Source of the DNA: a candidate division FCPU426 bacterium
GTDB taxonomy: Bacteria; Oederibacteriota; JAAXVQ01; JAUVAV01
Direction: 5' to 3'
DNA length: 64,000 nt
Assembly: GCA_040756875.1 (NCBI GenBank)
Contig: JBFLYH010000002.1
Location: 478,526-542,525 of the forward strand
Below, in pieces: positions 1 to 13,023 of this stretch. The notes under the pieces were generated by a model. It was not told the origin of the DNA and made no database searches. It worked only from the letters and a program-made list of their open reading frames with translations. The translations under genes and the position numbers were made by a program. The stretch's first letter is position 1. Each line of letters starts with the position of its first letter.

Positions 1-533
1 GAACCCGAGGTCAGCCAACCTGTAACCGCCGCCCCCAGGATCAGGGCCAGGCGCAGGGTGTTGAAGGATTGCACGAGATTGTAGGAAGCGTAATCTTCCT
101 CGGTCTGGGCCACTCCGGAAAGGAACTGGCCGAAACTGACCAGGAAGCCGGTGACCAGTCCCAGCGCCAGTTCCCAGCGCAGGGTTCCTCCCCAGATCAG
201 GCTGGCAGCCACGCTGGCGGCCAGGACCAAAACGCCGAGCAGGGTTTTCAGTTTCAAAATGGCCGAATAATACCCGAGTTTGCGGTCCAACTCGCCCCGC
301 GACTGGTGAAAAGCCCCGTAGCGCAGGAGGGTCCTCGTCAGGCCGAAATCGAAAAGGATCGTGGCCACGACCGCGGTGGAGACAAAGAAGAAAAAGTCGC
401 CGAACACGCGGGGGCCGACCCAGCGCGCTACCAGCAGATTGATGACAAAAGCGCTGGCCGAATTAAGCAGCAGAAAAAGGGAAACCCTGATGAATTGGGC
501 GAGAAACTGTTTGGAACTCGAGGCGGGGTTCAT
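1..533 (-). CDS. Wzx-like oligosaccharide flippase (5' part; runs off the window start)
   Basis: Absent from the ORF track (no stop in window). Manual translation from ATG at 533: MNPASSSKQFLAQFIRVSLFLLLNSASAFVINLLVARWVGPRVFGDFFFF...FDFGL...; multiple TM helices with the 'ARxLGP..FG' and 'DFGL' pattern of polysaccharide flippases; lies downstream of the sugar genes. Confidence 0.75.
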   Translation of the reverse strand, partial: MNPASSSKQFLAQFIRVSLFLLLNSASAFVINLLVARWVGPRVFGDFFFFVSTAVVATILFDFGLTRTLLRYGAFHQSRGELDRKLGYYSAILKLKTLLGVLVLAASVAASLIWGGTLRWELALGLVTGFLVSFGQFLSGVAQTEEDYASYNLVQSFNTLRLALILGAAVTGWLTSG

Positions 534-536
534 GTT

Positions 537-1484
537 TCAACCCAGGCGCTGGCGCCAGTCGTCCATGACCGCCCGCAGGGTCTCTGCCAGGGGGATGCGG
601 GGCTTCCAGCCGGTGTGCCGGCCCAGTTTGGCGATCGAGGCCACTTTGCGCAGTTTTTCCTTCCGCGCTTTGGTGGGCAGCGTGTGCACCTGCACGCGCA
701 CCGAAGTCAGCCGCAGCAGTCCGTCCAGCAGGTCCCGCACGCGGATGCCGCGGCCTGAACCGATGTTGTACACTTCCCCCGGCCGGCCGCGTTCCATCAG
801 CAGCCAATAGGCGCGGACGACGTCGCGCACGTCCGAAAAATCGCGGACCACGTCCAAATTTCCCACTTCCATCAGGGGCACGCGCCGGCCCTTTTCGATG
901 GAAACGATTTGTGAGGCGAAATCCGTGGCTACGAACCCCAGCGCCTGCCTGGGGCCGATGTGGTTGAAAGGGCGGACGCGGATGACCGGGAGCCCGTATT
1001 CGCGGAAATACGTCAGCCCCGTCAAATCCTGGCAAACCTTGGAGACCGCGTAGGGGCTGTCGGGATTCAGCGGGTGCCCTTCGGTGATGGCGCGCAAGTG
1101 CAGGTCCACGGCGCCGTATTCATCCGCGCTGCCCACCACCAGCACCCGGGGCGGAGGCTGCAGGCGGCGGGCCGCTTCCAGAAGGTTCACATTGCCCAGG
1201 ACATTGACCCGGAGCGCGGCCTCGGGATCGCGGCGCGACAGCGTGGGGCTGCTCCAGCCGGCCAGATGGAATATCCACCGGGGTTTCAGGCGGCGCACGA
1301 GATGCTCCACGGCGTCCGCCCGGGTAAGGTCCAGGCGGTGGACGCGCGCCCGCCGGGCGCGGGCCAGATTCTGCAGCGTCGCTCCGGGAAAGGCGGTTCC
1401 GTGGACTTCGCACTTTTTTTCCAGGCAGTATTCGGCCAGGTGGCTGCCCACGAATCCTTCCATGCCCGTGATCAACAGTTTCAT
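537..1484 (-). CDS. rmd: GDP-4-keto-6-deoxy-D-mannose reductase (Rmd-like extended SDR)
   Basis: LITGMEGFVG, FHLAG, GSADEYG, YAVSK, RPFNHIGPRQ, GNLDVVRDFSDVRD; gmd in the same operon. Confidence 0.75.
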   Translation of the reverse strand: MKLLITGMEGFVGSHLAEYCLEKKCEVHGTAFPGATLQNLARARRARVHRLDLTRADAVEHLVRRLKPRWIFHLAGWSSPTLSRRDPEAALRVNVLGNVNLLEAARRLQPPPRVLVVGSADEYGAVDLHLRAITEGHPLNPDSPYAVSKVCQDLTGLTYFREYGLPVIRVRPFNHIGPRQALGFVATDFASQIVSIEKGRRVPLMEVGNLDVVRDFSDVRDVVRAYWLLMERGRPGEVYNIGSGRGIRVRDLLDGLLRLTSVRVQVHTLPTKARKEKLRKVASIAKLGRHTGWKPRIPLAETLRAVMDDWRQRLG

Positions 1485-2827
1485 GTGCGTTTTCGGTTCT
1501 TGAAGAACTCACCGAATACGGAAGCAATGTAGCGGAGATGGGACGAGCGCAGCCCCGGATAAACGCCGATGAAAAAAGTGCGGCGCATGATCATATCCGC
1601 GTTCTTCAGGCCTCCGTACACCCGGTATTTCGTGGAACGGAACGCCGGCTGCCGCACAATGTTTCCGGCAAACAGCAGCCGGGTTTCGATCCGCCGTTCC
1701 TCCAGAAAGCTCTGCAGCGTTTGCCGCGAAAAGCCCGCGTCCTCCCGCACCGTGATCGGAAAGGCGAACCAGGCCGGCTCGGAGTGGGGGGCGGGTTGGG
1801 GCAGGATCAGCCAGCGCTCGAACGGGGCCAGCCGGCGGCTGAGCTCGGTGAAGTTGCGGCGCCGCGCCTTGATGAACCCCGGCACTTTTTTCAGCTGCGC
1901 CAGCCCCAGGGCGGCCTGGAGGTCCGTGGGCTTGAGGTTGTAGCCGATGTGGGTATAGACATAGCGGTGGTCATAGGCTTCGCCCAGACCTTCGATTTTA
2001 TACTGCAGCCGCTTCCCGCAGGCTCCGTGCGGGCCGGCGTCATGGCCGCACCAGCAATCCCGCCCCCAATCCCGCAGGCTGCGGACGATGCGGGCCAGGC
2101 GCGGATCGTTCGTGATCACCGCCCCGCCTTCGCCCATGGTCATGTGGTGCGCCGGATAAAAGCTCAGGGTCGCCAGCTCGCCGAACGTCCCGGTCAGGCG
2201 GCCCTGGTACTTCGAGCCCAGGGCGTCGCAATTGTCCTCGATGAGAAACAGCCGGTAGCGGCGGGCCAGCTGGACGAGCCGCTCGAGGTGGCAGGGGTTT
2301 CCCAGTGTATGCGGCACCATGATGGCGCGGGTTTTGGCGGTCAGGGCGCGCTCCAGCAGGCTGATGTCGATGTTGTAATCTTCCAGGCGCGAGTCCACGA
2401 AGACCGGCACCAACTGGTGTTGCAGCAGCGGCGCCACGGTGGTGGGGAAAGTGACCGCCGGCGTGATGACTTCGTCCCCGGCCTTGAGGCGGTTCGGCAG
2501 CTTGGGATCGCAGAGGGCGGCCACGGCCAGCAAATTCGCCGAGGAGCCCGAGTTGACCAAAATGACGTTGCGGACGCCCAGCCAGCGGGACAACGCCCGT
2601 TCCAATTCCTCGCCGTAGGGGCCGACGGTCACCCAGCTGTCCAGGCTGGCCTTGACCATGGCCGTGATTTCCTGGTGGTCAAAAACCCTCCCGGCATAGT
2701 GCACCCGGTCCTGGCCCGGCCGGAAGGTTCCTGCCTGCCGGTCCAACCGGGCGTAAGCCTTGACCGCCGCCAGGATTTTTTTGCTTTGCTGGAGCCTTTT
2801 TTGTTTGGCAGTGGTGGTTTTTTTCAT
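1481..2827 (-). CDS. rfbH: CDP-4-keto-6-deoxy-D-glucose 3-dehydratase (RfbH/DdhC)
   Basis: NSGSSANL, EDNCDALG, SFYPAHHMTMGEGG (His in place of the aminotransferase Lys), RDWGRDCWC, YDHRYVYTHIGYNLK; start placed at MKKTT. Confidence 0.92.
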   Translation of the reverse strand: MKKTTTAKQKRLQQSKKILAAVKAYARLDRQAGTFRPGQDRVHYAGRVFDHQEITAMVKASLDSWVTVGPYGEELERALSRWLGVRNVILVNSGSSANLLAVAALCDPKLPNRLKAGDEVITPAVTFPTTVAPLLQHQLVPVFVDSRLEDYNIDISLLERALTAKTRAIMVPHTLGNPCHLERLVQLARRYRLFLIEDNCDALGSKYQGRLTGTFGELATLSFYPAHHMTMGEGGAVITNDPRLARIVRSLRDWGRDCWCGHDAGPHGACGKRLQYKIEGLGEAYDHRYVYTHIGYNLKPTDLQAALGLAQLKKVPGFIKARRRNFTELSRRLAPFERWLILPQPAPHSEPAWFAFPITVREDAGFSRQTLQSFLEERRIETRLLFAGNIVRQPAFRSTKYRVYGGLKNADMIMRRTFFIGVYPGLRSSHLRYIASVFGEFFKNRKRT

Positions 2828-2871
2828 GCGCTTCCCTCTCGTTGGTATTGTGAAGTGTTGCACGTCATCGT

Positions 2872-3894
2872 TCAGCTCGACGATTCCAGACCCGCATCTC
2901 CGCCCGATTGGCGGTAGAGCTTGAACATGGACACGTTCAATTGCAGGGCGAAAATCCAGCCCACGATCAATGTCAGGATGTATTGGAGCATGTGAAACGT
3001 GAATCCCAGCCCCAGGGCGGCTTCCTTGGATATGCCGTACGGACCCAGGCCCAGAATGATCATGAACTCAAAAATTCCCAATCCGCCCGGCGAGGAGGGC
3101 AGCATGAGTCCGAAATTGAGCACCACGATCAGGAACATGGCCGCCATGAAATTCAGCGGCAGTCCCAGAGCCAGAAAACAAACATAAACCACGCTGGTCC
3201 ACGCGAGCCAGCCGGCCAAGGCGAACCCCAGCACCTGCAGCAACTGGCCCGGGCTCTCCAGCAATTTCAGTCCCTGCAGGAATTTGTCGAGCTGCGCGTG
3301 CAGCCAGGATCCCCATTTTCCCGGCAACCGTTGCAGCGGCTTTTCGATCCAGTCCATCAAGTGGCCGCCGTAGCGGTAGTTGAGCCCCAGCGCCAGGAAC
3401 AGCACCAGGCCAAAACCCGCCAAAATCAGGCCTGACAACTTGAGCCAAGGCTGGAAGGGAACGAAAAACATCATGAACAGAAAAAAAACAAACAGGGACA
3501 CCAGGTCCATGCCCCGCTCGATCACCACCGTGCCCAGAGCCAGGCTGGTCGGCAGATTTTCCTTGCGGCTCAGCAGCCAGGCGCGGATCACTTCCCCCAG
3601 GCGCAGGGGCAAAATGCCGTTGGCCAGGTAGCCGACGGTGATGATGCGGAACAGATTCCACAGCCGCACCGGATAACGCCGCAACAGGCCGCGCCATAAC
3701 AAGGCCCGAAAAAAGTAGGCCAGCAGCACCAGTCCGCCGCCCAGCACCAGCCAGCCGGGCTGCACGCGGCCGAAGGTGCGCAGCAGTTTGGCGAAGTCAA
3801 CGTTGCGCAGCGCCAGCCAGATGAAGAACAGGCTGAGCAGGATCCCTGCGGCAATCTGCAGGAATTGTTTGGTGGTTTGGCGCGGTGCCGTCAC
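2872..3894 (-). CDS. UPF0104 / lysylphosphatidylglycerol-synthase-TM (flippase-like) membrane protein
   Basis: About 8 TM segments, GYLANGILPLRLGEVIR, ERGMD, PSSPGGLG; GTG start overlaps the upstream stop (GTGA at 3891-3894). Confidence 0.85.
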   Translation of the reverse strand: MTAPRQTTKQFLQIAAGILLSLFFIWLALRNVDFAKLLRTFGRVQPGWLVLGGGLVLLAYFFRALLWRGLLRRYPVRLWNLFRIITVGYLANGILPLRLGEVIRAWLLSRKENLPTSLALGTVVIERGMDLVSLFVFFLFMMFFVPFQPWLKLSGLILAGFGLVLFLALGLNYRYGGHLMDWIEKPLQRLPGKWGSWLHAQLDKFLQGLKLLESPGQLLQVLGFALAGWLAWTSVVYVCFLALGLPLNFMAAMFLIVVLNFGLMLPSSPGGLGIFEFMIILGLGPYGISKEAALGLGFTFHMLQYILTLIVGWIFALQLNVSMFKLYRQSGGDAGLESSS

Positions 3895-4775
3895 GGCAGA
3901 AGTTCCGGGTCCCGCATCTGCGCCAGGGTGAAGTCCAGGGCGCGCTCCACGTCCCACAGCGGATGGCGCTTCAAAACCGACTGGGCTTTGTCCGTCACCA
4001 GGCCGGCCGCGAGCGGGCGCAGCGCTTTTTGTTTGAGCGAGGCCGTGGGCACGGCCGTCACCTGCCCGGGGTCAAAACCAAGCTTCTCCAAAATCCGGCG
4101 CGCGAACGCGTCGCGTCCCACGCGCGAAGTGCCCACCAGGTTATAGACGCCGGTGCGGCCGTCCTCGATCAGCTCGCCCAAGGCCTGCGCCAAATTGACG
4201 GCCTGCGTGGGGTTCCCGATCTGATCAGAGGGCACGGTGATGGGCTCCCGGTTTTGGGCCCTTTGCAATACTTGCATGAAAAAATTGACCGACCCCGGCA
4301 AATAAGAATACACCACGGTGGTGCGCACGATCAGGTGGTTGGGCACCAGCGCGGCCACGACCTGTTCGCCCGCGAGTTTGGTGCGCCCATAGACCGACTC
4401 GGGCTGGGTGGGATCGGTTTCGCGGTAGGGGCCGGAGCGGCCGTTGAAAACGTACTCCGAAGAGAAAAACGCCAGTCCGGCGTCCAGGCGCCGGCAGGCT
4501 TGCGCCACGTGTTCCGCGCCGCGGACATTGATCCGTTCCGCCTCGTCGGGGATGTCCTCGCATTTGTCCACGTGCGTGAGGGCCGCGGTCAGAATCACGT
4601 ACTCAGGCCGGCGGCTTTCCAAATAGCGGTCCACGGCGCCGGGATCGCGGATATCAAGCGCCGGCAGGCCCTTGAGCCCTTGCAGGGACGTGCCGCTGAT
4701 TTCGTGGCCGCGGCCCAGGACGCGGAGCAGAAAGTGCCCCACCTGGCCATCGGCGCCAATGACGAGAATCTTCAC
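3891..4775 (-). CDS. rfbD: dTDP-4-dehydrorhamnose reductase-like SDR (RmlD/RfbD family)
   Basis: ILVIGADGQVG, AALTHVDKCE, SSEYVFNG, YGRTKLAGE, DQIGNPT; GTG start at 4775 with AAGGAG upstream. Confidence 0.8.
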   Translation of the reverse strand: MKILVIGADGQVGHFLLRVLGRGHEISGTSLQGLKGLPALDIRDPGAVDRYLESRRPEYVILTAALTHVDKCEDIPDEAERINVRGAEHVAQACRRLDAGLAFFSSEYVFNGRSGPYRETDPTQPESVYGRTKLAGEQVVAALVPNHLIVRTTVVYSYLPGSVNFFMQVLQRAQNREPITVPSDQIGNPTQAVNLAQALGELIEDGRTGVYNLVGTSRVGRDAFARRILEKLGFDPGQVTAVPTASLKQKALRPLAAGLVTDKAQSVLKRHPLWDVERALDFTLAQMRDPELLP

Positions 4776-4790
4776 AACCTGCTCCTTTTG

Positions 4791-4888
4791 TCCCCTCTCC
4801 CCCGAAGGAGGAGGGGCAGGGAGAGGGTGGGATGCAAATTTAAAACCATCACCCTCCCCTTCATCCCCTCCCCTCAAGGGAGGGGAAA
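4791..4888. repeat. Inverted pair of CCCCTC(T)CCC-loop-GGGAGGGG palindromic units (REP/BoxC-like extragenic repeat)
   Basis: Unit A tcccctctcccccgaaggaggaggggcagggagagggtg resembles the reverse complement of unit B caccctccccttcatcccctcccctcaagggaggggaa; an AT-rich spacer separates them; intergenic. Confidence 0.65.
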
Positions 4889-4904
4889 ATACTGTTGGTA
4901 TCCG

Positions 4905-5909
4905 TTAAAAATATTCCGCACGGCGCTCCCGGTAGAAGGCCACCGTGCGCGCCAAGCCGTCGTCCAGCGTGACCGTCGGCTCCCATCCCAGCAGACGCCG
5001 GGCCTTGTCGATGGACACCACATAATCGCCGATCTCGATGGCCTTGCGCTCTTCGTCCCAAGGAAGATGGCGGATCGGCGGGCGCAGGCCGGTGGCCTGC
5101 CGGATCTTCTCCACCATCTCCACAAAGGGCGTCGCCTGCCCCGAACCGAGCATGAAGGCTTCGCCCACGGCCTCGGGCCGGACGGCGGCCAGCAGAAAGG
5201 CGCGGTTCACGTCGTCCACGTAGTTGTAATCGCGCGTCTGTTTGCCTTCGCCGTAGATCGCGATTTCCCGGCCTTCCAGTCCCAGGCGGATGAACCAGTT
5301 GACGATGCCGTAATCCCCGTGCCGCATCTGACTGCGCGGCCCGAAGGTGTTGGCGATGCGCAGGGACGTGGTCTTCAAGCCGTGCACGCGGTGGTAGAAC
5401 TGGTAGTATTTTTCAGCGGCCAGTTTGTCGATGCCGTTGATGTCCGTGGGATGGGTGGGATGCAGCTCGTCGACCGGCGAGGCGTGCATGCGTCCGATCA
5501 CGCCGCGCGTGCTGGCATAGACGATGCGGGCCTTGGGCGCCACGCGCCGCAGGGCCTCGAGCACGGTCAGGGCGCCCCGGCAGTTGATGTCCGCGTCCAG
5601 GAGCGGATCGCGCACGGACAGGGTGTGGGACACCTGCGCCGCGCAGTCGTAAACCACGTCCGCGCCAGCCAGGGCCTGCTCCACGATCCGGGGATCGCGC
5701 ACATCACCGACCACCACCTCGGGCGCCGGGCGCAGGTCCCGGATATTGGCTTCGTTCCAGCCGTAGGGGTCCAGCTTCGCGTCCAGAATCCGGACCTTGG
5801 CGCCCGCGTTCGTCGCGGCCACAGCCAGGTTGGACCCGATAAACCCCAGGCCGCCGGTGATCACCACCCGTTTATCCTTGAAAGCGCCCGCCAGCGCGTC
5901 CGACGTCAT
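4905..5909 (-). CDS. NAD-dependent epimerase/dehydratase (extended SDR; NGIDK where YxxxK is expected)
   Basis: VVITGGLGFIGSNL, CAAQVSH, TDINGIDKLAAE, NTFGPR, YGEGKQTRDYNYVDD. Confidence 0.85.
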   Translation of the reverse strand: MTSDALAGAFKDKRVVITGGLGFIGSNLAVAATNAGAKVRILDAKLDPYGWNEANIRDLRPAPEVVVGDVRDPRIVEQALAGADVVYDCAAQVSHTLSVRDPLLDADINCRGALTVLEALRRVAPKARIVYASTRGVIGRMHASPVDELHPTHPTDINGIDKLAAEKYYQFYHRVHGLKTTSLRIANTFGPRSQMRHGDYGIVNWFIRLGLEGREIAIYGEGKQTRDYNYVDDVNRAFLLAAVRPEAVGEAFMLGSGQATPFVEMVEKIRQATGLRPPIRHLPWDEERKAIEIGDYVVSIDKARRLLGWEPTVTLDDGLARTVAFYRERRAEYF

Positions 5910-5925
5910 GGTCGTTCCTGCCTCC

Positions 5926-6900
5926 TCACTTGCCCTTCAGAAAGTCGCGGTACCAGGCGATGGTTTCCTTGAGCCCCTGCTCCAGGGTGTAGGCCGGTTT
6001 CCATCCCAGCACGCGTTTGGCTTTGGAGGAATCCAGGTATTGATGATGGATCTCTCCCTGCCAGGTGTTTTGAATCTCGGGTTGAAGCTGGACGTTCATC
6101 AGGCGGCGCAGTTCCTCGATGATCTGCAAAGGCGTCAGCGGTTCGTTGGTGCCGAAGTTGAAGGCCTGTCCCTGAACTTCGGGACGGTCCAGGTTTTCCG
6201 CCAGCAACAGGTACGCGGAAGCCGCGTCCCGCACGAAGAAATAATCCCGCTTGGGCGACCCGTCGCTGCGGATGATCGGCCGCTCGCCGGCCAGAAAGGA
6301 GCGGATCGTCCCCGGAATGAGGCGGTTGAAATTCAAATCCCCGCCGCCGAACAGGTTGCCGCAGCGCGCGATGGCCAGCGGCAACCGGTAGGTCTGCACA
6401 TAGGCCTGGGCGAGAAGGTCCGCGCAGGTCTTGGAAACATCGTACGGATGACGCCCGGCCAGGGGCACGTCCTCCGTATAGGGCAGCTGGGGCTGGTCGC
6501 CGTAGGCCTTGTCCGAGGAGGCGACCAGGAGCTTGGGCTTGAGCGGCGAGGTCCGAACGGCCTCCAGCAGGTTCCACGTGCCGCGGATGTTGGCTTCAAA
6601 CGTCGCGAGCGGCGAACGGTTGGCCGTGCCTACGATGGTCTGCGCGGCCAGGTGGAACACCACCTGGGTTTCGTACTCGTTCAGGGTGCGTTCGATCAGC
6701 GCATAATCTTCCAGCGGGCCGCGGACCGCGGTCACGCGCTGGTCCAGGCCGGCCAGATAGAACCGGGAACGGGGCACGTGGTCCCGGATCAGCACCACGA
6801 CCTCGGCCTTTTGCGCCGCCAGTTCCTCGGTCAGCCACGAGCCCAGCAGCCCGGTCGCGCCGGTCACCAGCACCCGCTTCCCCTGCCAAAAGTTGCTCAT
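5926..6900 (-). CDS. rfbG: CDP-glucose 4,6-dehydratase-like SDR (RfbG/DdhB family)
   Basis: [49 protein letters not shown]; directly follows rfbF. Confidence 0.75.
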   Translation of the reverse strand: MSNFWQGKRVLVTGATGLLGSWLTEELAAQKAEVVVLIRDHVPRSRFYLAGLDQRVTAVRGPLEDYALIERTLNEYETQVVFHLAAQTIVGTANRSPLATFEANIRGTWNLLEAVRTSPLKPKLLVASSDKAYGDQPQLPYTEDVPLAGRHPYDVSKTCADLLAQAYVQTYRLPLAIARCGNLFGGGDLNFNRLIPGTIRSFLAGERPIIRSDGSPKRDYFFVRDAASAYLLLAENLDRPEVQGQAFNFGTNEPLTPLQIIEELRRLMNVQLQPEIQNTWQGEIHHQYLDSSKAKRVLGWKPAYTLEQGLKETIAWYRDFLKGK

Positions 6901-6929
6901 GTTCCCACTCCCTTTTTCTTCTTTTTCAA

Positions 6930-7045
6930 AGCCGGAAACGCATAGGCGAGCAAGCCTTTGCGAAAAAGACTCATTCTCCCACTTTTTCGCAACGGAGACC
7001 GCCCACCCCATGGCGGTCGTCTTGCGTGTCTATGCGTTCCCGGCT
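6930..7045. repeat. 116-bp structured intergenic element: terminal inverted repeat enclosing two hairpins
   Basis: AGCCGGAAACGCATAG (6930-6945) and CTATGCGTTCCCGGCT (7030-7045), 15/16 complementary; inner stems TTGCGAAAAAG/CTTTTTCGCAA and GACCGCC/GGCGGTC. Confidence 0.75.
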
Positions 7046-7047
7046 AA

Positions 7048-10834
<3,787 letters not shown>

Positions 10835-10836
10835 GC

Positions 10837-11592
10837 TTAAACCGTCCTGTTTTTCTTGTTTTGGTGGGTTTCGCGGGCCAGCAGGTTGGCCGCGAACCAG
10901 GAATCGATGGATTCGCCGGCGTCGGCCCAGTGCCCCTTGAGAATGCCGTAGGCCATCTGCTTGCGGCGCAGGTAACTGTTGTTCACGTCCGTGATCTCGA
11001 GTTCGCCCCGGCCCGAGGGGCTGAGGGTTTTGATGATCTTGAAAACCGCATTGTCGTAGAAATAGACGCCGATCACCGCGTAGGGCGAAGGCGCCTTTTT
11101 GGGTTTTTCGATGATGCGCTCAATGCGCTCCCCCTTGAATTGGGGCACGCCGTAGGCCGAGAGGTTTTCCACGGCCTTGAGCAGGATCATCGCGCCGTGC
11201 GGATGCTGCTTGAACTGCTGCGCGTAAGGCAGCAGCGAATCATGGACGATGTTGTCCCCCAAAAAAACCAGGATCGGGTGCCCCTCGGCGAAATCTTCGG
11301 CCAGCCCCAGCGCTTCGGCGATCCCGCCTTCGCCGCGCTGGTAGGCGTACTGCAGGCGGCGCAACCCGAACTGGCGGCCGTCGCCCAGGAGCCGCAGAAA
11401 CTCGCCGGCATGGTGGCCGCCCGTGACCAGCATGACTTCTTCGATCCCGGCCTCGGCCATCTTCTGCAGGGGATGGAAAATCATCGGCTGGTTGTAGACC
11501 GGGAGCAGGTGCTTGTTGGTGATGTCGGTCAGGGGTTTCAGCCGCGTGCCCAGGCCGCCGGCCAGAATGACGCCACGCAGGGTGGTGGTCAC
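10837..11592 (-). CDS. rfbA: Glucose-1-phosphate thymidylyltransferase (short RmlA/SpsI type)
   Basis: GVILAGGLGTRLKPLT, KHLLPVY, LGDN, EKP, RGELEITD; GTG start with AAAGGAG RBS. Confidence 0.88.
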   Translation of the reverse strand: MTTTLRGVILAGGLGTRLKPLTDITNKHLLPVYNQPMIFHPLQKMAEAGIEEVMLVTGGHHAGEFLRLLGDGRQFGLRRLQYAYQRGEGGIAEALGLAEDFAEGHPILVFLGDNIVHDSLLPYAQQFKQHPHGAMILLKAVENLSAYGVPQFKGERIERIIEKPKKAPSPYAVIGVYFYDNAVFKIIKTLSPSGRGELEITDVNNSYLRRKQMAYGILKGHWADAGESIDSWFAANLLARETHQNKKNRTV

Positions 11593-11614
11593 GGTGGGAT
11601 CTCCTTTATGGATG

Positions 11615-12904
11615 TTAACGCCGGCCGATGCCCCGGTAGGTGAAGCCCAGGGCCTTGACTTTGGCCGGATCATAGATATTGCGGCCGTCCACGATCAGGG
11701 GCGAACGCATCAACTCCTTCACGCGCGCGAGATCCATTTCCTTGAATTCGTTCCACTCGGTCAGGATGACGAGGCAATGCGCCCCCTCCACCGCGGCATA
11801 GGCGGTGTCGGTCAGCTTGACGCCCGGCAGCAGCCGGCTGGCGTGCTCCATGGCGGCCGGATCATAGGCCCGGACGCGGGCGCCGTTTTCCTGCAGCAGC
11901 GGAATCACGGCCGTGGACACCGCTTCGCGCAGGTCGTCGGTGTTGGGCTTGAAGGAAAGCCCCCATATGGCGATTTGTTTGCCTTCGAGCGGACCCAGGA
12001 TCTCCTTGACCTTGGCCAGCACGGATTGCTTTTGGTGCTCGTTCGCCGCGATGACCGCCTTCAGGGTTTTGAATTCATACCCTTCCTTGGCGGCTTTCTG
12101 CACCAGGGCGGAGACGTCCTTGGGAAAACAGGAGCCGCCATACCCGGCGCCGGCGCTTAAAAACGCCGGGCCGATGCGGCGGTCCAGGCCCATGCCGTGC
12201 GCCACTTTGGCCACGTCCGCGCCCACGCGATCGCACAGGTTCGCGATTTCGTTGATGAACGTGATTTTGGTCGCCAAAAAGGCGTTGCTGGCGTATTTGA
12301 TCATTTCCGCCGAACGCAGGTCCGTCACCATGATCTCCGCGTCCAGGGGTTTGTAGAGCTCGCTGACCTTTTCCGCGGCCGCCGGATGGTTGGTGCCGAT
12401 CAGAATCCGGTCCGGGTTCATGAAATCGTGCACGGCCGAACCCTCGCGCAGGAACTCCGGATTGGCCACCACTTCCACCGAATGCCGGTGACGGTCGTGC
12501 TCCTCGATGATGCTGGCTACGAGATCGCCCATTCCGACCGGCACCGTGCTTTTATCCACGACGATTTTCGGTCCGTTGAGGTGCCGGCCGATATCCGCGG
12601 CCACGGCTTTCACGGCCGCGAGGTCCGCCTCGCCGCTCTCCAGGGGCGGAGTGCCGACGGCGATGAAAATGAACTCGGAGGTTTGGACCCCCTTGGCCAA
12701 ATCCGTGGTAAAGGTCAGGCGCTTGCCCCGGTGCCGCTCGACAAGTTCCTGCAATCCCGGTTCGAAAATCGGGATATGCCCCTGTTCCAGGGCGCGGATT
12801 TTGTCCGCATCCTGGTCAACGCCGACCACCTCGTTGCCCAGATCGGCGAAACAGGCGCAGGTCACCAAACCGACATAACCGGTCCCCACCACGCAGATTT
12901 TCAT
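11615..12904 (-). CDS. ugd: UDP-glucose 6-dehydrogenase
   Basis: VVGTGYVGL, KSTVPVG, NPEFLREG, KYASNAFLATKI, GYGGSCFPKD, FKPNTDD. Confidence 0.95.
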   Translation of the reverse strand: MKICVVGTGYVGLVTCACFADLGNEVVGVDQDADKIRALEQGHIPIFEPGLQELVERHRGKRLTFTTDLAKGVQTSEFIFIAVGTPPLESGEADLAAVKAVAADIGRHLNGPKIVVDKSTVPVGMGDLVASIIEEHDRHRHSVEVVANPEFLREGSAVHDFMNPDRILIGTNHPAAAEKVSELYKPLDAEIMVTDLRSAEMIKYASNAFLATKITFINEIANLCDRVGADVAKVAHGMGLDRRIGPAFLSAGAGYGGSCFPKDVSALVQKAAKEGYEFKTLKAVIAANEHQKQSVLAKVKEILGPLEGKQIAIWGLSFKPNTDDLREAVSTAVIPLLQENGARVRAYDPAAMEHASRLLPGVKLTDTAYAAVEGAHCLVILTEWNEFKEMDLARVKELMRSPLIVDGRNIYDPAKVKALGFTYRGIGRR

Positions 12905-12939
12905 GCTCGCATTTCCTCCTCGGCTGCAAAAAGGATGGA

Positions 12940-12968
12940 ATTATAGCATCGTTCCCATTATCCCTCAA
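12940..12968 (-). promoter_or_regulatory. Sigma70-type promoter of the ugd/sugar operon
   Basis: Minus strand TTGAGG-N17-TATAAT with extended -10 TG, 36 nt upstream of the ugd ATG. Confidence 0.7.
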
Positions 12969-13023
12969 GCGCAAACCCGGTGGAGCCATCCCCGGCCAAA
13001 AGGCCTTGGGCCTGAATCAGGGA

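Noticed and set aside
3481-3488. Homopolymer tracts (A8 here, similar runs near 1414 and 15103) as phase-variation switches
   Set aside because: Short, in frame and explained by Phe/Lys codons; no frameshift seen
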